A DNA stretch of 64,000 nt from Candidatus Aminicenantes bacterium (GTDB lineage: Bacteria > Acidobacteriota > Aminicenantia > Aminicenantales > Saccharicenantaceae): assembly GCA_963805045.1 (NCBI GenBank), contig CAWDTC010000014.1:76359-140358 (forward strand). Reading direction: 5' to 3'. The notes beneath the pieces are model-generated. The model saw only the letters and a list, made by a program, of their open reading frames with translations. It was not told the DNA's origin and ran no database searches. Shown here one piece after another: positions 48,295 to 58,764 of this stretch (position 1 is its first letter; each line of letters opens with the position of its first letter). Made by a program: the position numbers and the translations under genes.

Positions 48295-49620
48295 TCACTC
48301 CGTGGCCGGGTCGCCCACGGCCCGATGCAGGCCGAGCCGGCTCACGACGAATTGGTAGAGCGCATGGATCCTGAGCAGTTCCGCCTGCGCATAGGCGTCC
48401 TCGGTGTCCAGGAGGTCGAGGTTCGTGATCGTCCCGGCCGCGTAGCGCGAGCGAGCAAAATCCAGCGCCTTCCTGGCCCGGGTGACGTTGACCTCGACGG
48501 ACTCGAGCTTCCGGCCGGCCGCCCGGACGTCGGCCACGGCCTGGAGCACCTCCGTCCGGACCATGCCCTCGACGTCCCGGCTCCGGTCCTGAAGGGCCCG
48601 GATGCTGGCCTCGGCCTCGGCCTTCATCGACCGCGTCTTGTTGCCGTTGAAGATGGGGACGTCGGCGGCCAGCGCGGCCACGTAATTGAGCTTCCAGGTG
48701 TTGAGGTTGGGGAGATAGCCGTTCTTCCAGCCCGTCAGGAAGTTCAGGCTAAGCGAAGGCCGGTCGGAGAGCCCGGCCAGGCGGAATTGGAGGTCCGCCG
48801 AGCGGATCATATCCTGGACGGCCTTGGTCTCCGGCCGCTTCTGCTCGGCCTGCCGGACGAGGCCTTCGTCGTCGAGCGCCGCCGGCTCGTACTTGAACCC
48901 GCCCTCGAGCTCGAGCGGGGCCCGGTCCTCGAGCCCCATCAGCCGCCGCAGGGCGAGCATCTCCTTCTCGCGGGCGGCGTCAAGGTCCACGACCTGGTTC
49001 TGGGCGGTGACGAGACGGACCTGGGTGTTGAGGATGTCGAGCTCGGTCGCCGTCCCGGCCTCGAACTTCTTCCTGGCCACGGCCAGATGGTCGTCGAGCG
49101 TCTTGACCGTCTCCGTCTGGACGTGGAGGCTGTCCTGGAGGAAAAGGATCGAATAGAAAAGCTGGACCGTCTCGAAGGAGAGGTCGCGCTTGAGGACCTC
49201 CCAGCGGTCCCCGGCGCTCGTGACCTCTGAGCGCGACAGGGCGACGGCCTCCTTCGTCCGGTTGAAATCGTAGACGAGCTGGCTCACGCCGGCGTGAAGG
49301 TCGTAATTGTTGGCGGGAAAGAGCTGGAAGACGCCGAAGCCCGGGATGGCGATCTCCTCGGTCGGGCCGAGCCGCGTGTAGCCCAGGTCCGCCCGGGCCT
49401 GAGGCAGCAGGCGGGAGCGGCTCTCCGCAACGCGCGCCTCGAAGACGGCCACGGCGTCCTCGGCCTCTTTGAGCGAGTGGTTGCGCTCGAGGACGGCCCT
49501 CACGGCTTCTTTCACGGTCAGAGCGCGCGCCGGCGCCCGGTTCGGCGCCTCCTCTGCGGCCGCCGCCGCGGCGGCGGCCAGGCCGAGGATCAGTCCCAAG
49601 CAGACAATGCGTGTTCTCAT
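48295..49620 (-). CDS. TolC-family outer membrane efflux protein
   Basis: Intact 441-aa ORF. Signal peptide MRTRIVCLGLILGLAAAAAAAAE. Two-repeat helical/beta structure with typical LTVKEAVRAVLERNHSLKEAE and LDLLDTEDAYAQAE segments. Confidence 0.85.
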   Translation of the reverse strand: MRTRIVCLGLILGLAAAAAAAAEEAPNRAPARALTVKEAVRAVLERNHSLKEAEDAVAVFEARVAESRSRLLPQARADLGYTRLGPTEEIAIPGFGVFQLFPANNYDLHAGVSQLVYDFNRTKEAVALSRSEVTSAGDRWEVLKRDLSFETVQLFYSILFLQDSLHVQTETVKTLDDHLAVARKKFEAGTATELDILNTQVRLVTAQNQVVDLDAAREKEMLALRRLMGLEDRAPLELEGGFKYEPAALDDEGLVRQAEQKRPETKAVQDMIRSADLQFRLAGLSDRPSLSLNFLTGWKNGYLPNLNTWKLNYVAALAADVPIFNGNKTRSMKAEAEASIRALQDRSRDVEGMVRTEVLQAVADVRAAGRKLESVEVNVTRARKALDFARSRYAAGTITNLDLLDTEDAYAQAELLRIHALYQFVVSRLGLHRAVGDPATE

Positions 49621-49643
49621 GGTCGTTCACCTTTCGAGGCGGT

Positions 49644-51264
49644 TCAGTCGACGCCCGCCGCCCGCTCGCGCCGGCCCCGGCGCGGCGGCCTCAGCAGAAA
49701 CAGGAACAGGACGCATAGGATCGTGACGCAGGCGGCGATCAGGAAATCGTCGTCGATGGCGGCCACGGTGGCCTGGTCCGCGACGTGGCTCAAGAGGAGG
49801 GCCTTGGCGCGCGAGGCCGCTTCCGCCGCGGTGCCGCCGACGGCCCGCTGGGCGAAACCCTGGAGCCCCAGGGCCGTGGTCCGGAAGACCGGCGAGTAGG
49901 CGTCGATGCCGGAGCCGAAATTCGCCAGATGCAGGATGACCCGCCGCGTCATCAGCGTCCCGAAGATCGCGACGCCGAAGCTGCCGCCGATCTGGCGGAC
50001 GACGTTGAAGATGCCCGAGGCCTGGGCCATGCGCTCCCTCGGGATGCCGGCCAGGGCGAGCGTGTTGAGCGGCGTGAAGAGAAGCCCCATGCCGATGCCG
50101 CGGAAGACGAGGGACGCGGCGATCTCCGAGTGCCCGGAGTACAGCGACAGCTGATGGTTCAGGAAGAAGCTGTAGGCCATCAGGGTGATGCCGATGAACC
50201 CCGGGATCTTGGGGTTGATCCGGTCGGTCAGAGATCCCGGAAACGGGCGCAAAAAAGCCCTGAAGAAGGCCGACCGGAAGGAAGAACAGGCCGGCCTGGA
50301 ACGCCGTGTAGCCGAGCGAGTTCTGCAGGTAGAGCGGCAGGAGGAACGTGCTGCCGAACATGCCGAGGCCGAAGACGAGGACGGCCAGGTTGGCCAAGCC
50401 GAAGTTGAAGTCCCTGAGCAGCCGGAGGTCGATCAGGGGATGCTTGACCGTGAACTCCGTGATGAGGAAGACGACGAGTCCGAGGGCCGAGAGGGCGAAG
50501 CAGGTGAGGATATAGGTCGAGGTCCAGCCGCCCGTGTTCCACGAGGAGTTGCCGTTGGTCAGGGCGAGCAGGAGGAAGCCCAGGAAGGCGGCGACGGAGA
50601 GGAACCCGACGAGGTCGAACGAGCGGACCCTCTCGGACTTGTACTCCCGCTGGATGAGGATGGTCGCCGCGATCCCGACGATGCCGACGGGGACGTTGAC
50701 GTCGAAGATCGTGTGCCAGGAGAAGTGGTCGACCAGGTAGCCGCCGATCATGGGGCCGAGGGACACGGAGGCGGCCGAGGCGATGGCCCAGAAGCCCAGG
50801 GCCATGCCGCGCTGTTCGAGCGGGAACTCGCGGGTGACGATGGCCATGCCGACCGGCATGAGGAAGCCCGCGCCGGCGCCCTGGAGGACGCGGAAGGTGA
50901 TCAGGCTGTCCAGGTTCCAGGACAGGGAGCAGGGCAGCGACCCGACCGTGAACAGCACGAGCCCTAGCAGGTAGGTCCGCTTGTAGCCGAGGTGGTCGGC
51001 CACCCAGCCCGAGGTCGGGAGCATGACGGCGAAGATCAGCATGTAGGCCGTGACGACCCATTCCACGCGGTCGACGGTCACGCCGAAGACGCCCATGATC
51101 TTGGGCAGGGCGACGTTGACGATGGTCGCGTCGAGGACGGCCATGAACGTCCCGATCATGACGTTGGCCAGGACCCACCAGCGATAGAACGCGTGCTCGT
51201 GGTGGAGGGACGGGATCTGGACGACGGCCTGGCGCCGGAGCGAGCGGGCGGCTTTGAGGACCAT
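49644..51264 (-). pseudogene. MFS transporter, DHA2 (EmrB/QacA) family; one frame change near 50240
   Basis: The N-terminal ~340 aa are in ORF 49627..51264 (LDATIVNVALPKI, GWVADHLGYKR, RVLQGAGAGFLMP). The C-terminal ~200 aa are in ORF 49644..50252 (GIGMGLLFTPLNTLAL..., FNVVRQIGGSFGVAIFG). Confidence 0.85.
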
Positions 51265-51273
51265 GGCCGCCCC

Positions 51274-52275
51274 CTATCTGACGCGGATCTTGATCTCGAC
51301 CGACATGCCGGGCCGGAGCGGCTCGGACGCCCGCTCCCCCAGGGCCTTCTCGTCCAGGTAGATCTTCAGCGGCACCCGCTGCGTGACCTTGGTGAAGTTG
51401 CCCGAGGCGTTGTTCGGCGGGATCAGGGAGAACTGGGCCGCGGTGTAGTCGCCGATGAGCCCGACGCTCCCCCGGAAGGGACGGCCGGGGTAGGTGTCGA
51501 CGTTGATCTCCACCCGGTCGTTGAGCTTAACCCGACCGAGCTTGGTCTCCTCGAGGTTGGCCGTCACCCAGATCAGGCGCGTGTCGTAGATGGTCAGGAT
51601 CGGCTGGCCGGGCTGGGCGACGTCGCCCGGCAGCAGCCAGCGCTTGGCGACGATCCCGTCGAAGGGGGCGGTGAGGGTCATGTTCTCGAGCTGGGTCTCG
51701 ACGACGCCCAGTTGGGCCTTGGCCACGGCGATCCGGGAGACGGCGATGGCGTACTCGGCCTTGGCGGCGTCCAGCGCCTGCTGGGCATGGGCGTACTGCT
51801 CCTTGGTGATGACCGCGCCCTTGAACTGGAGGTCGGCCCGGGCGAAATCGTCCGAGGCCCGCCCGACGTTGACCTTGGCCAGGGGCAGGCTGTCCTGGGC
51901 GAAGGCGAGGTTCGCCTTGGCCTGTTCCACCTGCGACCGGAGGTCGGTCTCGTCCAGTCGGACGAGGAGGTCGCCCTGCTTGACCTGGTCGCCCTCGTCG
52001 ACCGTCAGGACGACGATGCGGCCGAGGACCTTGGGGCTGATGGCGACCTTGTTGGCGTCGATGTACGCGTCGTCCGTCGAGACGAAATTGCGGAGGTTCG
52101 TGTACCAGTACCAGACCCCGAAGGCGATGGCCGCGATCAGGACGAAGAACGGGATGAGGACGCGCTTCTTGCGGTAGAGGGGGACCTGGTCGATGTCCTC
52201 GTCGCCCTTGTCGTTTCCCGCGCCGGCCGCGGGCGACGGGACCCGGTCTTCGACTTTAGAAGAGTCCTGGGGCAT
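51274..52275 (-). CDS. HlyD/EmrA-family efflux adaptor
   Basis: Intact 333-aa ORF. N-terminal TM helix (VLIPFFVLIAAIAFGVWYW), FVSTDDAYIDANKVAISPKV and TAPFDGIVAKR are typical of EmrA. Confidence 0.85.
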   Translation of the reverse strand: MPQDSSKVEDRVPSPAAGAGNDKGDEDIDQVPLYRKKRVLIPFFVLIAAIAFGVWYWYTNLRNFVSTDDAYIDANKVAISPKVLGRIVVLTVDEGDQVKQGDLLVRLDETDLRSQVEQAKANLAFAQDSLPLAKVNVGRASDDFARADLQFKGAVITKEQYAHAQQALDAAKAEYAIAVSRIAVAKAQLGVVETQLENMTLTAPFDGIVAKRWLLPGDVAQPGQPILTIYDTRLIWVTANLEETKLGRVKLNDRVEINVDTYPGRPFRGSVGLIGDYTAAQFSLIPPNNASGNFTKVTQRVPLKIYLDEKALGERASEPLRPGMSVEIKIRVR

Positions 52276-52506
52276 GCTCCGATCTCCTTCCCAAGGCCCG
52301 GCCGCGGCATCCCTCCGGCGGCTCTGCCCCTCCCCGGCGCGGGCGATGACATCACGAAGACTTCAGGACAACTAGTATGGCGGGAAAGGCGACGACGGTC
52401 AAGGGCGCGAGCCCGGGGAGCGGCAGGGGCGCCTTGATAATCCAAACTTAGAGGCGTACATTGGCCGCGGGCGGGACGGGATGGGAAATGCGTTAGGAGG
52501 ATGGGC

Positions 52507-53493
<987 letters not shown>

Positions 53494-53647
53494 GGCCGCG
53501 GCGCGGCGGCCGCCTCCTCCTCTTGGCGGGTCGGACGCCCGCGCCAATTCGCCCCGCAATCCACCCCTAAAGGCGATTCCCTAGGGACCGAAGCCGATGG
53601 TACAAGGACCAAAGGCGGGGAAGGCCTCGCCCCTAAGGAGAAAGCCC

Positions 53648-54592
53648 ATGAAAAACAGGTTCCTGGCCAGTTTGGCGGTCTCTTTGGTCATGTCCGCGGC
53701 ACTTGCGAATGCGGGTGACCAGGACAAGGACAAGACGAAGCCCACGACTCCTCCCAAGCAGGCGGCGGCCGTCCATCCGAAGCCGCAGGCCAACGTTTCG
53801 CGCGCCGCCGCGCCCGTGACGCACGCGGCTCCGGCCGCGACGGTGCACGCGGCACCGGCCGCCACGCCACACGCCGCCGCGCCCGCGGACCAACACGCGA
53901 CGACGCAGGTCGTCCGGCCGAAGCCCGCGGTCACGGCGGTACGCCAAACGGCCGTGACGCAACATCAGACCGTCGGCCACGCGACACAGGCCAACGGGAG
54001 GGGGCCGGACCGCGCCGTCGTGCGCCACGTGAGCACGCAGGAGCTCCATCAGAGAATGAACGCCCCCGTCGGCAGGGAAGTCCTGATCAGGGACCGCGAC
54101 CACTATCACCAGGTGGAGCTGGCCCGGTACAGGGTGCACCCGGCCCCCTTCAGGTTCGAGCCGCGCCAAAGGGTCGTGCTCGTCAACCTCAGGATCGTTC
54201 CGGCCACGTACTATCATCGGCGAGCCGTCTTCTACGGGGCCTACGGCTTCGTCCCCCCCGTCTACATTTACAATTTCAGGCCGTCGTACGGGCTCTGGTG
54301 CGCGACCTTCCTGGCCTTCATGCTGGACCGCATCGCCCTCGCCCATCAGTATGAGTACTCGCTCATGTACTACGATCACATGAACGAGCCGGAGTTCATG
54401 GAGTGGCGCCAGGAAATGAACGGCCTGGCCGCCGAAAACGCAGATTTGCGGGAGAAGCTGGCGGCCCTGGACGCGAGGGTTTCGGAGCTCGAGGGGACGC
54501 AGCGCAATGCCGCGTATGTCCCTCAGGAAGCGGGCGACGTCGCGCTGTCGCCGCAGGCCATCGACAAGCTCACGGCCGCTCCCGAAAAGTAG
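53648..54592 (+). CDS. Hypothetical secreted/membrane protein with His-phased octapeptide repeats and C-terminal coiled coil
   Basis: Signal MKNRFLASLAVSLVMSAALANA. Four 8-aa (24-nt) repeats HAAPAATV/HAAPAATP/HAAAPADQ/HATTQVVR lie at 53822-53917. One hydrophobic helix (LWCATFLAFMLDRIALA) and the coiled coil NADLREKLAALDARVSELE follow. No family recognised. Confidence 0.5.
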   Translation: MKNRFLASLAVSLVMSAALANAGDQDKDKTKPTTPPKQAAAVHPKPQANVSRAAAPVTHAAPAATVHAAPAATPHAAAPADQHATTQVVRPKPAVTAVRQTAVTQHQTVGHATQANGRGPDRAVVRHVSTQELHQRMNAPVGREVLIRDRDHYHQVELARYRVHPAPFRFEPRQRVVLVNLRIVPATYYHRRAVFYGAYGFVPPVYIYNFRPSYGLWCATFLAFMLDRIALAHQYEYSLMYYDHMNEPEFMEWRQEMNGLAAENADLREKLAALDARVSELEGTQRNAAYVPQEAGDVALSPQAIDKLTAAPEK

Positions 54593-54605
54593 CCGTTTCC
54601 ATTCG

Positions 54606-54890
54606 TCAGGCGTGCTCGCCGGGGCTCTCGCCGGCCTTCTGCCCGGCGCGGATCTTCCTCCCCGAGAGCGGGCCGCCTAGCACGGCGCTGATGTAACAAA
54701 TGTCGAACGCCCCGGCGCTCAGCGGGAAAATGCTCCACACCATCGAGACGACGCCGAGCGCGTGGCCCCGGTAGGCGTAGCCGACCCCCAGGAAAACGAG
54801 GCCGGCGGCAAAGCGGAAGACGCGGCCCGCCGGACTGTTGATGAAGCGCGAGAAACCCGACCGGTTGAAGCGTTCGCCGAGCTTGCTCAT
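54606..54890 (-). CDS. Small two-TM membrane protein (DUF2892/YgaP-like?)
   Basis: 94-aa ORF with two hydrophobic helices (VFRFAAGLVFLGVGYAY, VVSMVWSIFPLSAGAFDICYI). Family guess only. Confidence 0.45.
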   Translation of the reverse strand: MSKLGERFNRSGFSRFINSPAGRVFRFAAGLVFLGVGYAYRGHALGVVSMVWSIFPLSAGAFDICYISAVLGGPLSGRKIRAGQKAGESPGEHA

Positions 54891-55075
54891 GGAAACCCTC
54901 CTTCCCAGACTGGATCCGTCGCAAAATCGAACTATCGCTTACTATGATAGAGGATTCGCGGTCGCAGGTCACTAGGCCGCCCGGGCGGGCGCGCCGCCCC
55001 TTCGTCTTGACAGCCGTTCGGACGGGGCGATATAGTCGAGTCAACTCGCCTATCGGAACGAAAGAGAGGATGCCC

Positions 55076-56533
55076 ATGAGCACGCGTTTTCCCAAAGCCG
55101 CGGTCCTCGCCGCCGGCCTGCTCGTCGTGCCGCAGCTCGCCTCCGCCGCTTCCCCCGCCGTCAAGGACCTTAAGAAGAAGGAGGCCGCCGTCGCCTCGGT
55201 CGAGCGGCACAAGGATGAGATCGTCGCCTTGAGCGACCAGGTCTGGGGCTTCGCCGAAACGGCCCTGCTCGAGACCCGCTCGGCGGCCGCGCTCGCGGAC
55301 TACGCCGAGAAACAGGGCTTCAAGGTCGAGCGGGGCGTGGGGGGATTGCCGACGGCCTTCACGGCGCAGTACGGCGAGGGCCGGCCGATCATCGGCATCC
55401 TCGGCGAATACGACGCCCTGCCCGGCCTGTCGCAGAAGGTCCAGCCCGCCAGGGAAGCGGTCCAGCCCGGGGCGCCCGGCCACGGCTGCGGGCACAACCT
55501 CCTGGGCACGGCGGCCCTGAGCGCCGCCCTGGCCGTCAAGGACCTGATGGCCGCGGGCAAGCTCAAGGGCACGATCCGCTTCTACGGCACGCCGGCCGAG
55601 GAGTCCGTGGGCGGCAAGGTCTACATGGCCCGCGCCGGGCTCTTCAAGGACCTCGACGTCTGCGTGACCTGGCACCCCGGCGAGAAAACCCAGGTCGCCG
55701 TCGACGGCTCGCAGGCCATCGTCGAGTTCTTCGCCGAGTTCAACGGCAAGACGGCCCACGCCGCGGGCGACCCCTGGGACGGCCGGAGCGCGCTGGCCGC
55801 TCTGGAGTTCTTCACCACGGGCCTCAACCGCATGAGGGAGTTCGTCAAGCCCACGGTCCGCATGCACTACACGGTCGTCAACGGCGGCGAAGTGCCGAAC
55901 GTCGTCCCGGCCTACGCCAAGGTCTGGGTCTGGCTGCGGGACTCGAAGGGCGCCGGGGTCCAGGAGCTGCTCGCCCGCGCGCGGCACATCGCCGAGGGCG
56001 CGGCCACGATGGCCGAGGTCGGCTCGAAGGTCACCGTTCAGGGGGGCGACTGGGAGACGCTCGTCAACCTGACCGGCGAAAAGCTGATGTTCGCGAACCT
56101 CGCCTGGCTCGGCCCCATCCCCTTCACGCCGGAGGAGCAGGAGTTCGCCAAGGAGATCCAGCGCGCCGTGGGCATCCCCGCCAAGGGGCTCGACGGCTCG
56201 GTCCAGCCTTGGGTCGCGCCCAAGCCGGACCCCGAGGGCGGCTCGACGGACGTCGGCGACGTCAGCTGGCTCGTCCCCACCCTGGGCATGAACGCGACCA
56301 CGGCGCCCGTGGACGCCCCCTGGCACGCCTGGCCGGTCGTCGCCTGCGGCGGGATGTCCATCGGGCACAAGGGGCTCGTCTACGCCGCCAAGGCCATGGC
56401 CACGACCGCGGTCGACCTCTACGAGGACGCCAAGGCCGTCCAGGCCATCCAGGCCGAGTTCCGGGAGAAGACGAAGGGCGTCGTCTACAAGCCGTTCATC
56501 CCGGACGGCCCGCCTCCCCTGCCGAAGCATTGA
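55076..56533 (+). CDS. M20-family amidohydrolase (AbgB-like), secreted
   Basis: From the internal Met of ORF 54944..56533. Signal MSTRFPKAAVLAAGLLVVPQLASAA. GILGEYDALPGLSQ, GHGCGHNLLG, GTPAEE and GKTAHAAGDPWDGRSAL are M20D/AbgB-type motifs. Confidence 0.85.
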   Translation: MSTRFPKAAVLAAGLLVVPQLASAASPAVKDLKKKEAAVASVERHKDEIVALSDQVWGFAETALLETRSAAALADYAEKQGFKVERGVGGLPTAFTAQYGEGRPIIGILGEYDALPGLSQKVQPAREAVQPGAPGHGCGHNLLGTAALSAALAVKDLMAAGKLKGTIRFYGTPAEESVGGKVYMARAGLFKDLDVCVTWHPGEKTQVAVDGSQAIVEFFAEFNGKTAHAAGDPWDGRSALAALEFFTTGLNRMREFVKPTVRMHYTVVNGGEVPNVVPAYAKVWVWLRDSKGAGVQELLARARHIAEGAATMAEVGSKVTVQGGDWETLVNLTGEKLMFANLAWLGPIPFTPEEQEFAKEIQRAVGIPAKGLDGSVQPWVAPKPDPEGGSTDVGDVSWLVPTLGMNATTAPVDAPWHAWPVVACGGMSIGHKGLVYAAKAMATTAVDLYEDAKAVQAIQAEFREKTKGVVYKPFIPDGPPPLPKH

Positions 56534-56581
56534 CGGGCTGCCCGCCTCGGGCTTAAACTGAGGACGCGGGAGGTGGTGCCC

Positions 56582-56986
56582 ATGGAGAATGCCCGTTTCA
56601 TCCGCTACGGCTGGCTCAAGGCCATGTATCTTTATACCGTTGTCGGGGCCGGGGGGTTCGGACTCGCGATGCTCGTCTTTCCCCGCGCCGTCCAGTCCGC
56701 TTTCCGTTTCCCGCCCCAGGACCTGGCCGTCTTCAAGCTCTTCGGCAGTGTCCTCGTCGCCGCGGGGCTGATCGCGATCCCGGCTCTTCGCTCGCCCCTG
56801 AAGTTCGTGCCTCTGCTCCTCCTGCAGCTGGTCTATAAGCCGGTCTGGATAGCTGCGGCGGCCGTTCCGGTCTTCTTCAAAGGGCAGTTCCCCCTGTACC
56901 TCGTCGTCATCACCGTGATTTTTATCACGTACATCATCGGCGACCTCGTCGCCATACCGTTCGCCTACCTATTCTCGAAGCCCTGA
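56582..56986 (+). CDS. Hypothetical four-helix membrane protein
   Basis: GGGAGG SD lies 8 nt before ATG 56582. The protein is hydrophobic throughout. No family recognised. Confidence 0.5.
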   Translation: MENARFIRYGWLKAMYLYTVVGAGGFGLAMLVFPRAVQSAFRFPPQDLAVFKLFGSVLVAAGLIAIPALRSPLKFVPLLLLQLVYKPVWIAAAAVPVFFKGQFPLYLVVITVIFITYIIGDLVAIPFAYLFSKP

Positions 56987-57067
56987 TCCTGCCTTTCCCC
57001 AGCGCAGGGGGGCAATGACTGAGCGAGGCCGTCCCGCAGTTTGAAATAGAAAAAGGGGGGAAATGAA

Positions 57068-57364
57068 ATGGGATCGATCGGCCCGACGGAATTCATTCTT
57101 CTCATCCTGATTGTGATCCTGGTCTTTCCGATTTCATGGAGCTTCTGGTACGTCGTCAAAAAGGCCCGCGGAATACTGCAGATGAATCCAGAAGCCCTCC
57201 GTATCTGGCAGGCCGTTGCGCTGCATATCCTGTGTATTGTCGCCGCGGGGGCGTTGGCGTTCTTTCTGCTGCCTGAACCGGTCCAGGACTTCTTTGCGTG
57301 GCTAGGCCTCGTGATCATGCCGGTCTATCTCAATAGGAAGTCCAGAGCTCTGAAGCTCAATTAG
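57068..57364 (+). CDS. Hypothetical small membrane protein
   Basis: 98-aa ORF with a purine-rich SD (AAAAGGGGGGA), three hydrophobic helices and locally lower GC. Confidence 0.45.
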   Translation: MGSIGPTEFILLILIVILVFPISWSFWYVVKKARGILQMNPEALRIWQAVALHILCIVAAGALAFFLLPEPVQDFFAWLGLVIMPVYLNRKSRALKLN

Positions 57365-57528
57365 CGCATGATCCGGCGGGACGAAACCTTCTCTTTCTCG
57401 TGAGCCGGCGGAGATCCCGGGCTTGAAAATCCCGGCTACGCGGTGGTAGAGTGGCCGAGGTCCGCCCGGACGATCCATCAGCCGAACGATTCATCATGAG
57501 GAGTGCCGCCGGACCCAGGAGGAGGATC

Positions 57529-58731
57529 ATGACCACGCGACGCGCCTTCTTCCGTCAGACCATCGCCGCCCTCGCAGGCTTCGGCCTCGGCGTGCGGGAG
57601 TTCATGGCCCATCCGGCGGCCGCCATCAAGCGCTACCTGATGCAGGGCCCGCCCGGGACCGAGACCGTCATCAACGGCCGCCGCTGCCTCTACTTCGGCG
57701 GGACGAGCTACTACACCCTCCAGTCGAACCCCGAAGTCCTCAAGGCGGCCCACGCGGCCATCGACCTCTACGGGATGCACTCCTCGACGAGCCGGGCGAG
57801 CGGCGGCTACGGCAACACGCCGCTCTACGAGGAGGTCGAGCGCGCCGCGGCCAGGTTCTTCGCGACCGAGGACGCGGCCTACATGGCCTCCGGCTACCTG
57901 ACGAACGTCGCCGCCCTGCAGGTGCTCCGCGCGCAACCGGGCTTCGACGTCATCTTCCAGGACGCCATGGGCCATTATTCGATCGTCGATTTCTCGCAGT
58001 CGTTCGGGCTCCCCGTCGTCACCTTCGCCCACCGCGACCCCGAGGACCTCGCCCGCAAGCTCAAGGCCAACCTCAAGCCCGGCCAGAAGCCCCTCGTCAT
58101 GAGCGACGGCATTTTCCCGGTGCCGGGCGAGATCGCCCCCGTGCCCGAATACGTCAAGGTCCTCGAGCCCTACGACGGCCTCCTTTGGCTCGACGACTGC
58201 CACGCCATCGGCGTCATCGGGCCGAACGGCCGGGGCACGTACGACCATTTCGGCGTCAAGGGCGACCGCCTCTTCTTCGGAGGCACGATGAGCAAGGCCT
58301 TCGGCGGCTACGGCGGCATCGTGCCGTCGACGACGGCCCTGGCCTCCGGGATCCGAGGAGGCCACATCATGTCCGGGGCGACCATGCCGCCCTCGGCCGC
58401 GGCGGGCGCCGCGGTCAAGGGCCTCGAGCTCCTCGGCGCGCACCCGGAATGGCGCGCCAAGCTCTGGGCGAACGCCAAGCGCCTCAAGGCCGGGATCAAG
58501 GGGCTGGGCTTCCCGGTGAACGACACCGTCGTGCCCGTCGTTTCGTTCGCCCTGCCCAAGGCCGAGGACATGCAGCGCGTCCATGCCGCGCTCATGGACC
58601 GGGGCATCGTCGTCCAGCTCTCGCACTACGTCGGAGCGGGTCCGGCCGGCGTCCTGCGCATGGTCACGTTCGCGACTCACACGGACGAGCAGATCGACCG
58701 GCTGCTCGCGGCGCTGAAGGCGGTCATCTAG
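57529..58731 (+). CDS. Alpha-oxoamine synthase family PLP enzyme (AONS/KBL/SPT-like) with Tat-type signal
   Basis: From the internal Met of ORF 57451..58731. MTTRRAFFRQTIAALAGFGLGV is the signal. DAAYMASGYLTN, LWLDDCHAIGVIG and GGTMSKAFGGYGG (PLP-lysine) are family motifs. Confidence 0.8.
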   Translation: MTTRRAFFRQTIAALAGFGLGVREFMAHPAAAIKRYLMQGPPGTETVINGRRCLYFGGTSYYTLQSNPEVLKAAHAAIDLYGMHSSTSRASGGYGNTPLYEEVERAAARFFATEDAAYMASGYLTNVAALQVLRAQPGFDVIFQDAMGHYSIVDFSQSFGLPVVTFAHRDPEDLARKLKANLKPGQKPLVMSDGIFPVPGEIAPVPEYVKVLEPYDGLLWLDDCHAIGVIGPNGRGTYDHFGVKGDRLFFGGTMSKAFGGYGGIVPSTTALASGIRGGHIMSGATMPPSAAAGAAVKGLELLGAHPEWRAKLWANAKRLKAGIKGLGFPVNDTVVPVVSFALPKAEDMQRVHAALMDRGIVVQLSHYVGAGPAGVLRMVTFATHTDEQIDRLLAALKAVI

Positions 58732-58764
58732 AGAGCCGCGGCCCTCGCTCGACGCTCGGGCCGG

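Noticed and set aside
52373-52402. TTGACC-18 nt-ATACTA promoter-like element upstream of the EmrA-like gene (minus strand)
   Set aside because: It is plausibly placed, but both hexamers are imperfect and nothing corroborates it. It is not listed as a feature.
53494-53511. GC hairpin GGCCGC-GGCGCG-GCGGCC after the aldo/keto reductase stop as a terminator
   Set aside because: The stem is only 6 bp and no U-tract follows. This is too weak to call a terminator.
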